From contig OZ361257.1 of assembly GCA_977018835.1 (NCBI GenBank), forward strand, positions 2,170,001 through 2,234,000: a stretch of DNA of 64,000 bases, in the 5' to 3' direction. Of the stretch, positions 9,801-21,413 are shown one piece after another. Numbering within the stretch: the first letter of the stretch is position 1; every line of letters begins with the position of its first letter. The notes beneath the pieces are model-generated. The model saw nothing but the letters and a program-made list of their open reading frames with translations, was not told where the DNA came from and did not search any database. This DNA is from Minutocellus sp. GHC0000111 (Eukaryota). Position numbers and translations under genes: made by a program.

Positions 9801-11372
9801 ATGAGTCTACCATCGTCACTCTCATCATCGTGCCAAACATGGTATGAGTGGTCCACAGCTGGAACCATCGGTGGGCGGTATTTCAGCGGTAGCGAGCCGA
9901 GAGGCGTGGATGATCATCTCTCCTTTTTTGACACACCTCTCTTTAGGAAGCTCGACTTTCTCGAGCAGATGCGCGCCAACAATGCTACGGACTTGGCCGC
10001 GATAATACCAGATGGAAGAATAATGGGAGCATATTGGCCATCGGGAGAAGGAGAGTCCTTCCTGGCTTCGGGTTTGTGGAATTTTCATTTCTTTGGTGAC
10101 GAGGGGGGGTGGCTCTCAGCCAACCTTGGCTTTGGAGTTGGCAATTCAACATCTAGCAGTCCAGCCGTAGTAACAGGGGGAAGCGGGTCTTATCTTGGAG
10201 CTATGGGAAGGATCGAAACAATGGTACTCTCTTCAGATCCATTTGTTATCCAATACGAGTTTTGCTCGGAAGAGGCAAAGACTTTTGACAAGAGTGATTG
10301 CAAAGACGTCTTTGAGTGGTCGTCCTTTGGATCTGGAGAAATAGACGGTGAAATCTTTAGTGGGAGTGTCCTAGCTGCGCCTCATACCGGTGTGGCCAAC
10401 ACTCCAATATTTGCAAGTCAAGATGTCGAGACCTCTCCCCTCATCGGACGTCTCGTAGCTCAGTATTTCCTCGATTCAATTACGACTGCATCTGGGTCCT
10501 TCAACTTCCAGTTCTTCCCTGATGCAGGGCTAAAAGATGATGTAAACAATTCTGGTACAGTAGAGACCTCGGCAGGTGCAGTTTCGATAAATTTCGGCTT
10601 TGGGCCTCTCGACACAACAATGTTTGGATCTTTTACTCGGGGCACTCCAAATATTATTGTCGGCGGAACTGGGGCGTTTGCAGGGCTCGTCGGAAGTATG
10701 CGTGATCGTGCCGTCAATTCCGACCCTCTTGTTTTCAACTACCAAATCTGCCCCTCCCAAGACGCCAAACCGGCACAAGAGGTGATGACTTCACCATGTC
10801 GCAAGATTTACGAGTGGTCAACTAGCGGAGAATTCAATGAATATAGATTTAGCGGCAGCGTTGAGTACGAAGGCGGAGCAATCGGCGTGTTTGACACCCC
10901 CTTTTTCGATCAACCAGATGTGGCCAATGCCAATGTTTCGGGGAGAGTCATGGGGTACTACGTCCCCAATAAAGGAGGATCCGTCGTGGGGAATTGGAAT
11001 TTTGCATTCTTTGATCATGATCACGACCCACTTGGTGACGTGCCAACTGAACATGAGGATTGGATAGCTGCGTCACTTGGATTTTATCAGGACGGAGCAG
11101 ACAAATCCACCCAGGACGGAGTACCCAATATCATCATGGGAGGATCAGGCGCATTCGCAGCATTTTCAGGTACCATCACAAGCAATGTCATCTCGAGCGA
11201 GCCTTTTGTAATTGATTTGGAGATTTGTTCATCAGGTGCAAAGGGTGGCGACGCAGCATCAGGGGACAAGCCAATGGACGGTTCGTCTGCTTCTGGTGGA
11301 ATCGAAAGGTGTTGCCATTTCCTATTGTCGCTCATTGCTACAGTGTATGCTATTTGGTGTTCAATAATGTAG
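9801..11372 (+). CDS. Protein with three tandem allene oxide cyclase/dirigent-like domains and a GPI-like tail; 5' end uncertain
   Basis: Three repeats, each C-x3-[YF]EWS...GG[ST]G-x-[YF]-x-[GA]...C, at 9831-10265, 10299-10751 and 10797-11228; hydrophobic C-terminus. Confidence 0.8.
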   Translation: MSLPSSLSSSCQTWYEWSTAGTIGGRYFSGSEPRGVDDHLSFFDTPLFRKLDFLEQMRANNATDLAAIIPDGRIMGAYWPSGEGESFLASGLWNFHFFGDEGGWLSANLGFGVGNSTSSSPAVVTGGSGSYLGAMGRIETMVLSSDPFVIQYEFCSEEAKTFDKSDCKDVFEWSSFGSGEIDGEIFSGSVLAAPHTGVANTPIFASQDVETSPLIGRLVAQYFLDSITTASGSFNFQFFPDAGLKDDVNNSGTVETSAGAVSINFGFGPLDTTMFGSFTRGTPNIIVGGTGAFAGLVGSMRDRAVNSDPLVFNYQICPSQDAKPAQEVMTSPCRKIYEWSTSGEFNEYRFSGSVEYEGGAIGVFDTPFFDQPDVANANVSGRVMGYYVPNKGGSVVGNWNFAFFDHDHDPLGDVPTEHEDWIAASLGFYQDGADKSTQDGVPNIIMGGSGAFAAFSGTITSNVISSEPFVIDLEICSSGAKGGDAASGDKPMDGSSASGGIERCCHFLLSLIATVYAIWCSIM

Positions 11373-11495
11373 AAAAAAATAGGACCAACAGTATCAATAT
11401 CATATTCTCTATTCTATTTTAGCATAAAGTCTGGGTTCGTGTTATCACTTCCAACACTTTATGCATGCGCGTAGCTACGTAAAAGGCACACGCAA

Positions 11496-12878
11496 CTACA
11501 TCGATTCAGATCCGTGCGCATGAGCAGTCGCGGCTACCGAAATACTCGCGACTGGCTCGGCTTCCTCTTCGAGGTATACCCACTTATCGAGCTCCTCCTT
11601 GTAGTGCAACAACCGAAAGGCTCGATTTTGGACGGGAATGCCAGTGTCAATCAGCTCGTCGATGGCCACCTTGGAGAAAAGGGGACGCTCGCTGGCGCCC
11701 TCCCTGCGCTCCTCGTGCATTTCGATACCCTCCCAAATGCAGTCCAAGACGTCGCGAGCATTGAGCAGGCGGCCGACCTGGGCCTTCTGCCGAAGGCCCG
11801 ACGGATGGTTCTTGTAGAGGAAGTCACTCAGCGCGCAGACGTCAGAAAGGATCGCCTCATTGTAAAAGTATACGGGCGTATTGGTGCCGTCGGCGTTCTC
11901 GGCAGGTCCCTTGCTGACACAGGTGAGAAGATGTTCAAAAATATCCTTGGCCTTCTCCTCAATGCGCTTCCTCCCACCAGGACGAGAAGCAATCGTTTCC
12001 AGCCTCTCGGCACTGGTGAGGCAGAGGCCATTGTAGAAATCAGCAAATGGTTCGATCAGCCCCTCCTCGGATCCTTGATGCTGCCAGAATATGACCGTGT
12101 CGAGGGGAAAAGCACGGCACATCATGCGACAATGTTCGCAGGGTGGAGGATTGGGGTTGGGCTGGCCATTGATCAGATCCTCGGCCGGGTCCTTCCGAGG
12201 ACAGCCGGGTCCGTTGATGGCCTTGATGCCCGACCGGAGCAGTCCCAACTTGAAGCCACCGCACAACGAGTGGATGAGGGCAATCATAATGGGCCGGCCC
12301 TGTTGGTCACTGGCGCAGGTTTCCGGGTCGTACTGGAACCACCCGGAATCCTCCGGATCGTGATCGCACAGACCGAGGAGGTTGGATTCCTCCAACTTGG
12401 GAAATCGGGAGAGGAAGGGGGTGACGCGGCTGGCGGCGTCGGCGTTGATTCGGTGCAAATTGCAGTTGCCGGGGTGGCACTCGACGATGCAAAACATGTT
12501 GACCTCCGTCACGTTGGGGAAGCGGTAGGTCGGACGAAGGTGCATTTCCGATGGCTTCATGATGCACAGGCGGGTGATTCGGGGCGTCACCTCTCGGATG
12601 AAGGCCTTGCTGACGAGGCAGGTATCGAGCACCTCCTTGTAGAGGAGGAACTCCATGCTGAGGGCCCACACTTCGGGAGGGAGACAACCAATGTTGGCAG
12701 CCAGTGGCGCGCTCTTTCGGTTGGCGCGGTTCTTGTTGGCGTTGGATGTCCGTTTCTTCTTGCTGTTGCTGTTGTCTCCGTCGGCATCTTCCACGACCTC
12801 CGACATCTTTCGTCGCTTGGTGGGAGGGCTGATATCATCCACGGCGTACTCGTAGATCTTTTTGCTGCGGGTCTTCAT
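11496..12878 (-). CDS. F-box-like protein
   Basis: LPPEVWALSMEFL...VSKAF F-box pattern after a basic NLS-like N-terminus. Confidence 0.65.
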   Translation of the reverse strand: MKTRSKKIYEYAVDDISPPTKRRKMSEVVEDADGDNSNSKKKRTSNANKNRANRKSAPLAANIGCLPPEVWALSMEFLLYKEVLDTCLVSKAFIREVTPRITRLCIMKPSEMHLRPTYRFPNVTEVNMFCIVECHPGNCNLHRINADAASRVTPFLSRFPKLEESNLLGLCDHDPEDSGWFQYDPETCASDQQGRPIMIALIHSLCGGFKLGLLRSGIKAINGPGCPRKDPAEDLINGQPNPNPPPCEHCRMMCRAFPLDTVIFWQHQGSEEGLIEPFADFYNGLCLTSAERLETIASRPGGRKRIEEKAKDIFEHLLTCVSKGPAENADGTNTPVYFYNEAILSDVCALSDFLYKNHPSGLRQKAQVGRLLNARDVLDCIWEGIEMHEERREGASERPLFSKVAIDELIDTGIPVQNRAFRLLHYKEELDKWVYLEEEAEPVASISVAATAHAHGSESM

Positions 12879-13614
12879 GGCGTGTATTCTTATAGTGGTT
12901 GGGCTTTTTCCTTTGCTTCGCCAAAGATTTCTGATGAATGAATGGGTCCAAAGGGAGATACACGTACATGTAGATGGCGTGACTGGAAGAGCGCCAGAGA
13001 TGGATAGAACTCGACTGAAGTCAGGTCGAGCCGAGTCAGGTCAGTGTCGATCAGAGGTTGATGTGTTTTTGACGATGCGATGGGAATGGACCGCTGGTTA
13101 TGGTTTATGGTGATGGTGGCCTCAGCAAATAAATGCAAACAGCGCAACTACTGTAACGCAACTCGCTCACGACCAGCGCAGCAGCAGCGATGAGATTTTC
13201 ACGTGAAGTGTGTCTGATCTGAAAGCTGACAGATGGTCAACGTGCATGAGCAACACGCGGCAGTCGCCACACGAAGCGTGGAGGAGGAGAAGAGACTGGG
13301 AGAAAAATGACTTCAGAATTCCTCCTCAAGGACGCTGAGCTAGGTGGTCAAAGGGTACAGCAAAAACGATACGATGGAGAGGCGTGGGCAGCAAGCGGAA
13401 ACAACACCGCCCCGGCCGGCCGTATCTTCACGAGCCTTTCACAGCACAAATAAATGAACACATGACTGATGTGCTCTTTGGCGCTCCGGGTTTCCAAACA
13501 ATTTGCACGACCAACGGATTTACACCCTAAATTCGTCTGGCCGTCGCAACCTCGCCGTCGGGCGGTGCGTTGCTTTGCGGCCATGTGGACCGACCAAACA
13601 ACCCGACCACCACC

Positions 13615-16600
13615 ATGAGCTCCCTCCCGCCAGCCTTGGACTTTGCCAAGGCCGAGGAGGCCATCTGCGACAAGTGGGCCGAGGAGGGAACCTTCAAGAC
13701 GCAGGACAAGCTCGGCAAGGAGCGCGGCGATGAGGTGCGTCCATTATTTTGCATTGTTGTGTTGGAAATGTGGAATATGGATGATGCACGAGATGGATGC
13801 AGGAGCCAGCCCAGAGACCAGAGTCGACTGGGCCGTGTTCCTCTATCTACGCATAGTGGTAATGCATTTCGGCATGCAGATATGCCAAAATGACCCTTCA
13901 TATGTTGGCGCTGTTGCATGTAGTCTGGAGCAATCATAATGATTGGTATCTCGCTTCACATTTTGTCGTCTGCCGATTATGCATGCATGTGCCGATTATG
14001 CTCACGTGAACTTCAACTCCTCTTCTACGTATACTTTCGACTCTTCTCGATCTTTCGATGCCTTGATATAAAACTCATCCCCGTCACCGCAACAATAATG
14101 CAACAACAACATCATTTCTATATTTGCCGCAACAACAGGAGTTCACCTTCTACGACGGCCCGCCCTTCGCCACCGGCCTTCCCCATTACGGCCACATCCT
14201 CGCCGGCACCATCAAGGACGTCGTGACCCGCTACGCCGTCATGTCCGGCAAGCACGTCGAGCGCCGGGCCGGCTGGGACTGCCACGGCCTCCCCGTCGAG
14301 TACGAGATCGACCAGAAGCTCAACATCACCCACCGCGATCAGGTATTGGAGATGGGCATCGACAAGTACAACGAAACGTGCCGGTCCATCGTCACGCGGT
14401 ACACCAAGGAGTGGGAGTCCACCGTCACCCGCCTCGGCAGATGGATCGACTTCGAGAACGACTACAAGACCATGGACCCCACCTTCATGGAGAGTGTGTG
14501 GTGGGTCTTCCGTCAGCTCTTCGACAAGGACCTCGTCTACCAGGGGTACAAGGTCATGCCCTTCAGTATGGCGTGCGGTACTCCCCTGTCCAACTTTGAG
14601 GTTGGACTCAACTACAAGGACGTGCGGGATCCGGCCGTCGTGGTCAACTTCCCCCTTGTGGACGACGAATCGGTGTCGTTCGTGGCGTGGACGACCACCC
14701 CCTGGACTCTCCCGTCCAACATTGCCCTTTGCGTCCATCCCACCATGGACTACGTCAAGATCGAGGACAAGAAGACCGGTAGCAAGTACATCCTGTCCAA
14801 GGGACGCCTTCCCCAGCTCTACCCCATCATGAACAACAACAAGAAGTGGAAGCCCGACAAGGCCGGGGAGCACTTTGAAGTTTTGGAGAGCATGAAGGGT
14901 GCCGACCTCGTAGGGAAGAAATACAAGCCCGTCTTTGACTTTTTTGTGGGCACCGAAGGTTCCGACCAGTACTTCCGCGTCATTTCCGACACCTATGTTA
15001 CCGACGACGCCGGTACCGGCATCGTCCACCAGGCCCCGGCCTTTGGTGAGGACGATTACCGCGTCTGCCTCGCCCACGGCGTCATCGCCAAGGGCAAGGA
15101 CCTGCCCTGCCCCGTCGACGGGAACGGTTGCTTCACCGACCAGGTCCCCCCCGTCACCGGGAAGAACGTCAAGGACGCCGACGACACCCTCATCAAGCTC
15201 CTCAAGGAGTCTGGCCGCCTCGTTCAGAAGGACAACCTCGATCACTCCTACCCCTTCTGCTGGCGGTCCGACACCCCCCTCATCTACAAGGCCGTGCCCT
15301 CGTGGTTCATCAAGGTCGAGGAGATCCGCGACAAGATCGTCGCCAACAACAACAAGACCTACTGGGTCCCCAACCAGGTCAAGGAGGGACGGTTCCACAA
15401 CTGGCTCGTCGACGCGCGCGATTGGGCCGTCTCGCGCAACCGCTTCTGGGGCACTCCCATCCCCATCTGGGCCTCCGAGGACATGTCCGAGGTGGTTTGC
15501 ATCGGCAGCATCGATGAGCTCGCCGAGCTGTCCGGCGTCCGCGTCGACGATCTGCACAGGGAGACGGTCGACAAGATCGAGATCCCGTCGAAGAAGAATC
15601 CTGGCACCGTCCTCCGCCGTGTTGACGAGGTGTTCAATTGCTGGTTCGAGTCTGGTTCGATGCCTTATGCTCAGCAGCACTATCCGTTCGAGAACAAGGA
15701 GCGCTTCGAGAAGGGCTTTCCCGCCGATTTCATCGCCGAGGGCTTGGATCAGACTCGCGGTTGGTTCTACACGCTGATGGTATTGGCAACGGCGCTGTTC
15801 GATGAGCCCGCCTTCAAGAATCTGATCGTCAATGGCCTTGTCCTCGCCGGTGATGGAAAGAAGATGTCCAAGCGATTGAAGAACTATCCCGACCCCAACC
15901 TCGTCATCAGCAAGTACGGTGCCGATGCCCTGCGGCTGTACCTCATCAACTCGCCGGTCGTTCGTGCCGAGTCGCTCAAGTTCCAGGAGGCCGGCGTCCT
16001 CGGTGTGGTCAAGGAGGTATTCCTCCCGCTGTACAATGCCTTCCGATTCTTCCTGCAGAATGTTGAGCGTTGGGAGGAGAACGGTGACAAGTTTGTTCCC
16101 TCGGCGGATAAGGTCAAGGCTACCACCAACCCCACCGACGTTTGGATCTCGGCGGCGACGCAGGGACTGATCAAGTACGTCCACGAGGAGATGGCGGCGT
16201 ACCGATTGTACACGGTGATGCCCGCCTTGGTGACGTTCGTGACGCAGCTCACCAACTGGTATGTCCGACTGAATCGCGATAGGCTCAAATGCCTGGAAGG
16301 TGACGACGCCGAAGCTGAGGCTGAGACTGGTTTGCAGGTGCTCTACGATGTCCTTCTTGATGTGACGATGCTCATGGAACCTTTCACCCCCTTCATCACG
16401 GAGTACTTTTACCAGGAGCTGCGCAAGATGCAGCCATCGTACAAGGACAGAGTTGACGGAGGCGGTGCTTCCAACCCCGTCATGCCCGGTAAGAGCGATT
16501 CGGTTCATTACCTGCCTCTTCCCAAGTATGATGAATCTCGTCTCAATGAGGATGCTGTTCAGGCAATGGAGGCACTTCAGGCCATTGTCGAACTCGGCCG

Positions 16601-17534
16601 CAACGCTCGTGAAAAGCGCAATATCAGTCTCAGAACGCCCATCAAGAGCGTGGCTGTTGTCCTTCGTAATCCATCGCAGGTTGTCGTGGACGGTATCACA
16701 GGACCGCTCAAAACCTACATCCTTTCGGAGCTCAATGCCTGGGACTTCCAGGTCATCCCCAAGGAGAACGAGCATGACTGGGTCACCCTTTCTCTTATCC
16801 CCGACTTCAAGATCTTGGGCAAGAAGCTTGGCAAGAACATGAAGGCCGCCAAGGCCAAGATCACCAGCCTTACGCACGACGAGGCAGTTGCCGCTCTCGA
16901 GAGCGGATCGTTGGAGGTCGAGGGCGTTGCCATTGATACCAAGACCGAGGTTGTGTCCAAGCTGTCCTTTTCCAAGGAGGGCGAGGAGTGGGAGGCCACG
17001 CCGAGCCAGGAGGGCGATGTTGTCGTTGCCATCGACTGTACCCAGGACGAAGCCATTTTATCGGCAGGAAAGTCCAGAGAGCTTATCAACCATGTCCAGC
17101 AGCTTCGTAAGGCCGCCGGCCTTGATCTCAAGGATACCGTCGAGGTATTCTTTGACGAAGAGGAGGGTGTCGTATCTACCGAGAACGCAGTAGCCATGAA
17201 TGTATCGCTATTTGAGACCAAGTTCAAGGGCAACGTACCACTTCCTAAGAAGTTTGCCCCCAGCTGGAGCGTCCCCCTTCGCAGCGACAACGTCGAGGTG
17301 GGTGGTTCCAAGGTTGAGGTTTCCATCTGCCGACCGGCTCTTGCCGTGAAGAATGGCCTCCCTGATTCGGCATCGATGTTCCTATCGACTGTCGATCCAG
17401 CCACCGTTGATGCCGGGGCAACCTTGTCCTGCACCGTCGATGGAGCTAGCCACACCGTCAAGGAAGGTGAGGACTTTTGGCTCAGCGCTGCTGCCATGGT
17501 GAAGGCCACCAAGGCTGTGAGTTGGATGTCATAG
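13615..17534 (+). CDS. IARS1: Isoleucine--tRNA ligase, cytosolic type; exons 13615-13734 and 14139-17534
   Basis: FYDGPPFATGLPHYGH (HIGH), GWDCHGLP, KMSKR and EGLDQTRGWFY motifs; in-frame GT-AG intron. Confidence 0.97.
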
Positions 17535-18296
17535 AGAATGAATATCGTATAAATGAAATAATAGATCTCACTATATGACTTAGCGTAAATTCTGTGTGCG
17601 GTGGCTCTCGGTAGCTACCGTACATGGTCATCATGATTGGCGGAACGAACATGGGGCAAGAAGCATGCCGCCTTGCTCTGCTCGCTCGCGAGCGCTCGTC
17701 GCGGGCACGGCGGGCGGGCCGTGGCTGGGTGCCATCGTCATAATGACATAAACAAGTTGTCAAACGGAAACACCCTTGCACTTTCGACAGGCGACAGCTC
17801 GCTTTTCCCATTTTCCGTCACGAAATGACCAACTCATTTTTCGCGCCGATGGACCTTTGCCATCACTTGCTATTGCCTCTGGCTGACGGACATGCAAGTG
17901 AATAACGGTTCAAGGTGAAACGGCCAAGGGGTACATTACCAACGATCTGACTGGAGAGAGTGAGCTGTCGCCTCATAAGAAATCGCTTCTATTCACACCC
18001 GTACCCATCCATTCGCATCGCCCAGCAGCCCAGCAGCATCCTTCCTCTCGCGACGCGCGCCCAAGTTCTCAACTTAATGCCCCTGAGGAATTTGTCACTT
18101 CCGGAAGTCTGGGCGTGTCAGGGGGCTTACTGCCGTAATTTGAGCTGATTTTGCCAGGCACTTTCCCCCTTTCAGTGCAATAAGTACGAGAAAGACTCTT
18201 GATGGCACTGCATCGTATCCAAGATCCCTTTTCAACAATCGTATCATTTCACCATTTCACCGTACCTAGGCCTACTTTGAACGTATTCGCCGAAAG

Positions 18297-19560
18297 ATGA
18301 GCGGTGACAGCTTTGATGAGCGCACAGCTCTTACCGTAGTTTGGATCATATTATTGGTCATATTTCTGTGAGTTGCGTCGCATGCAGGTACAGCCATGAT
18401 AATTTCTCGCACTCTTTACCAAAATAAGTTGTTCTCACTCGCTCACTCAGAATTCTTCTTCTTCGTTATTCTGCTCATATTCCAATATTGCCTTATTCTG
18501 TCCTTCAGGATCTTTCCATGCTGTTCCTCTGCAAGGAAACGGAAGATATGGCGCAAGCGCATCAAGGAGAGGCGGTGGCACGTGTATGTGGCCCAAGAGG
18601 AACCGGAGGATTGGTTCCTCGCAGCTTTGGAGAGGTATCGGGCCGCTCAGCAGAGAGAGGATGAGGCACAACGACAGGGGGGAACGGCCAACAGTTTGAC
18701 GCAGGTAGCCGCGGACATTGTTTGGAAGGAAAAGGAAGAGGCGGAATTGCGCAGAGCTCTCACGGATGATCTCCTGCGCGACTTTACCAAGGTAAGGACG
18801 TTTACAACATTATGGTGGATCTTGGATCTTGGATCGGTCTTGGATATCTTCTGGGTTCTCATTTTAAGAAGATGCCGATATGTCGATATTGACATTATTG
18901 CTTTGCCACACCTGCCTCCCCACTTTTCTTGCAGGAACTACAAAAGAAGGACTTTGTTGAGGTGCCTACTTCACCTCGATCTCCGCAAGACGATGTTGAG
19001 AAGGATGTGGCAGCGGAAGAAGAACCAACACCAACAACCGCCGATGGTGATACTGAAGATGGTATTTCTGACGTCGAGCTTGGCATACCAGTCGTCGTAC
19101 CAGACGAGAATGGTATGCCCCCGAACGAGGATGAGATTGATATCTTTCAGAGCGATAGCATGATGGAAAATGCCTACAGAGTACGATTGCCTGCCCCAGG
19201 CAGTGGGACTTTACAACCCAACGAGAAAGCCGAAGGGGAAGCGGTAGTGGCGGTGGCGGTGAGACGACTCGAGAGGTACCCAATGGCTGCGCCGTCTGCA
19301 TGGACCCATTCGGCATCGGCGATCGCATCTGCTGGTCATCCAACGCTGGATGTCCGCATGCATTTCACGAGAAGTGCTTGATCAATTGGCTCCTTGTTTT
19401 GGGACGTCGACGACGGATGCAGACGCTACAAACACCTTCGGATGATGTCGATCTTACCGATTACGACATGCTTTGTCCCTGCTGCCGGCAAGAGTTTGTG
19501 GTGAAAACTGGTGTTGGCAGCAACGATGATGAAGAGCGGCCGGATAGCCAGGGAGCTTAG
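18297..19560 (+). CDS. Membrane-anchored RING-H2 E3 ligase; exons 18297-18367, 18509-18791 and 18935-19560, frameshift near 19260
   Basis: N-terminal TM; CAVC...CPHAFHEKCLINWL...CPCCR; two in-frame GT-AG introns; the RING is out of frame with the start of exon 3. Confidence 0.8.
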
Positions 19561-19776
19561 TGACGATTCATTGTCGCAACGACCCTACTATTGCATGTAG
19601 AAGATGATGTAAACAATAGACTGTGTATATATAATTTGTCCTAATATATTCTCCCATTTGTCGCGTAGCCGTGATCATTTGGCTTGAATGACACTGAAGT
19701 GCCTCGCACTAATTTCGACAGTGGAAAGTGGAAAATAGATCTACTCACTCGTAGATATTTTCTACTAATAGCTCTA

Positions 19777-20820
19777 TTAGTCATCCTCGTAATACTCTCC
19801 GCTTCCAACACCACGAGCACCACTCCAGACGGTGCCCCGGGGGGTGATGCCCATCCGCTTCATCTCCTCCCTCAGCTCGTCGGTCGGTGGGGTGTACTCG
19901 ATGGCCCCGGTGCTGGCCAACCACTCCCGCAGCCGTCCGGTGTGCCACTTATCGGGCTCCCTCGGATCGATCGCCAGCTTGTCAAATCCCGTCAGCCGAT
20001 CGACGGCCTTGCCATTCTGAAAGACCAGGAGGGCGGGCAACGTCCGGATCTGCAGCTTGGCCACAAAGAACGGTGCCTTCTCGGCATCGATCCGCAGAAA
20101 CTTGCACGACATATGCATCGGCGCCACGAGCTTGAGGTGGTGGTCCATGATCTTGCACCGCTCGAACTCGTCGTGGAAAAAGTGGACGGCCACCCACTCG
20201 GAGCTGCCGGTGCACTCCGGGAGGAAGTCGTCCTGCGCGATGGTCCGGAGCTCCCCGTGGCCCAATGCGCGGTGCTCGGCCTGCCGCATCTGCGCGGCCC
20301 GGATTTCCGCCATCCGCCTTGCTCGGATGGCCTCGATCTCGGCCGTTTCGTCGTCGTCGAGCAGATCGTCGTACTCGTCGTCGGACGAATCGTTCCCATC
20401 TCCATTGCCGTTGCCGTCGCCCCCATCTCCGCCTCCGCTCGACTTGCCATTCTCCTCGTTCTCCTTGTCGAGCATCTGCCTCCGCACCTGCTCCCGCAGT
20501 CCCTTGACGCGCTCCACCTCCTCGGCCCGCCGCCGCTCGGCCTGAGCGACGTGCGACCGCTGCGCCCGGCTCCGCTCGGCCTGGATGCGGTTGGCCTCCC
20601 GGTAGGCCGCCCCCGTTGGGGCTCGGTCCGGGTCGTCGATTTCGTTGGTCCCCGCCGCGTGCTTCTGCTTCAGCTCTTCCATCGACTTTTGCATCCGCTC
20701 GTTGACGTTCTTGGACATCTCCTTGTGGTATTCCTTGGAATCGTCGTCCTGGTGGGGTTTTGTTGGTGGGTAGATGGGAGGGTGGATGGGATTTGTGGGG
20801 TGAGTTTTGAGTTTGGTCAT
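19777..20820 (-). CDS. Phosducin-like / thioredoxin-domain protein (TXNDC9/Plp1 type)
   Basis: GHGELR, VHFFHDEFERCKIMDHHL and FLRIDAEKAPFFVAKLQIRTLP motifs. Confidence 0.9.
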   Translation of the reverse strand: MTKLKTHPTNPIHPPIYPPTKPHQDDDSKEYHKEMSKNVNERMQKSMEELKQKHAAGTNEIDDPDRAPTGAAYREANRIQAERSRAQRSHVAQAERRRAEEVERVKGLREQVRRQMLDKENEENGKSSGGGDGGDGNGNGDGNDSSDDEYDDLLDDDETAEIEAIRARRMAEIRAAQMRQAEHRALGHGELRTIAQDDFLPECTGSSEWVAVHFFHDEFERCKIMDHHLKLVAPMHMSCKFLRIDAEKAPFFVAKLQIRTLPALLVFQNGKAVDRLTGFDKLAIDPREPDKWHTGRLREWLASTGAIEYTPPTDELREEMKRMGITPRGTVWSGARGVGSGEYYEDD

Positions 20821-21413
20821 TGGTGTAAGTAAGAATGATAATGAGGGTGGCTGTTGCATGGCAGCAACTTGCAAACTAAAGATACGCCGCCCCCAATATA
20901 GAATCAAAGGGGTGTCGAATCATTTGGAATTCGTCAACCATAATACTAGTACACAGCTACGTAGCAACTCCAATACTCACCATGCCAGCGAACGGGTCGG
21001 CCATCGGCCCGAGGGGGTTGGCGGCCACAAACTTGGCCGCCTTGCCCCCTCCGGCACTCTCTTGGTTGGAGGGCATTGCTGTTGGTGATTGTTTATTTCG
21101 ATTCTCAAATCAATGACAATACACAACAAAAGGTTTGCAGTGCACGCTGGATCGTCGAGATGGTGCAATGGCCCAACTAACATAAAATGAGGATGAGGCG
21201 TGTGCCTCGATCGATCGGTTTGACAGTAGGTAAGTTGAAAAGTTGAAAATGAGGCAAGCTGCACGAGATTTCAAAATAATCCCCGAAAATTGAAAAAATG
21301 AGACCAGAGCTGTGACAGCTGTGAGATGCTCGGCTCCATATGCTCCATGCATTGCTTGCGTTTCGACCTACTACGTAGAAGCTTGACGCAGCAAAGTTCA
21401 GAGCTAAAGGATC

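Noticed and set aside
11514..12941. 475-aa plus-strand ORF
   Set aside because: Antisense shadow of the F-box gene
14118..16877. 919-aa minus-strand ORF
   Set aside because: Antisense shadow of IleRS caused by GC3-rich codon usage; no motifs
19684..20832. 382-aa plus-strand ORF
   Set aside because: Antisense shadow of the phosducin-like gene
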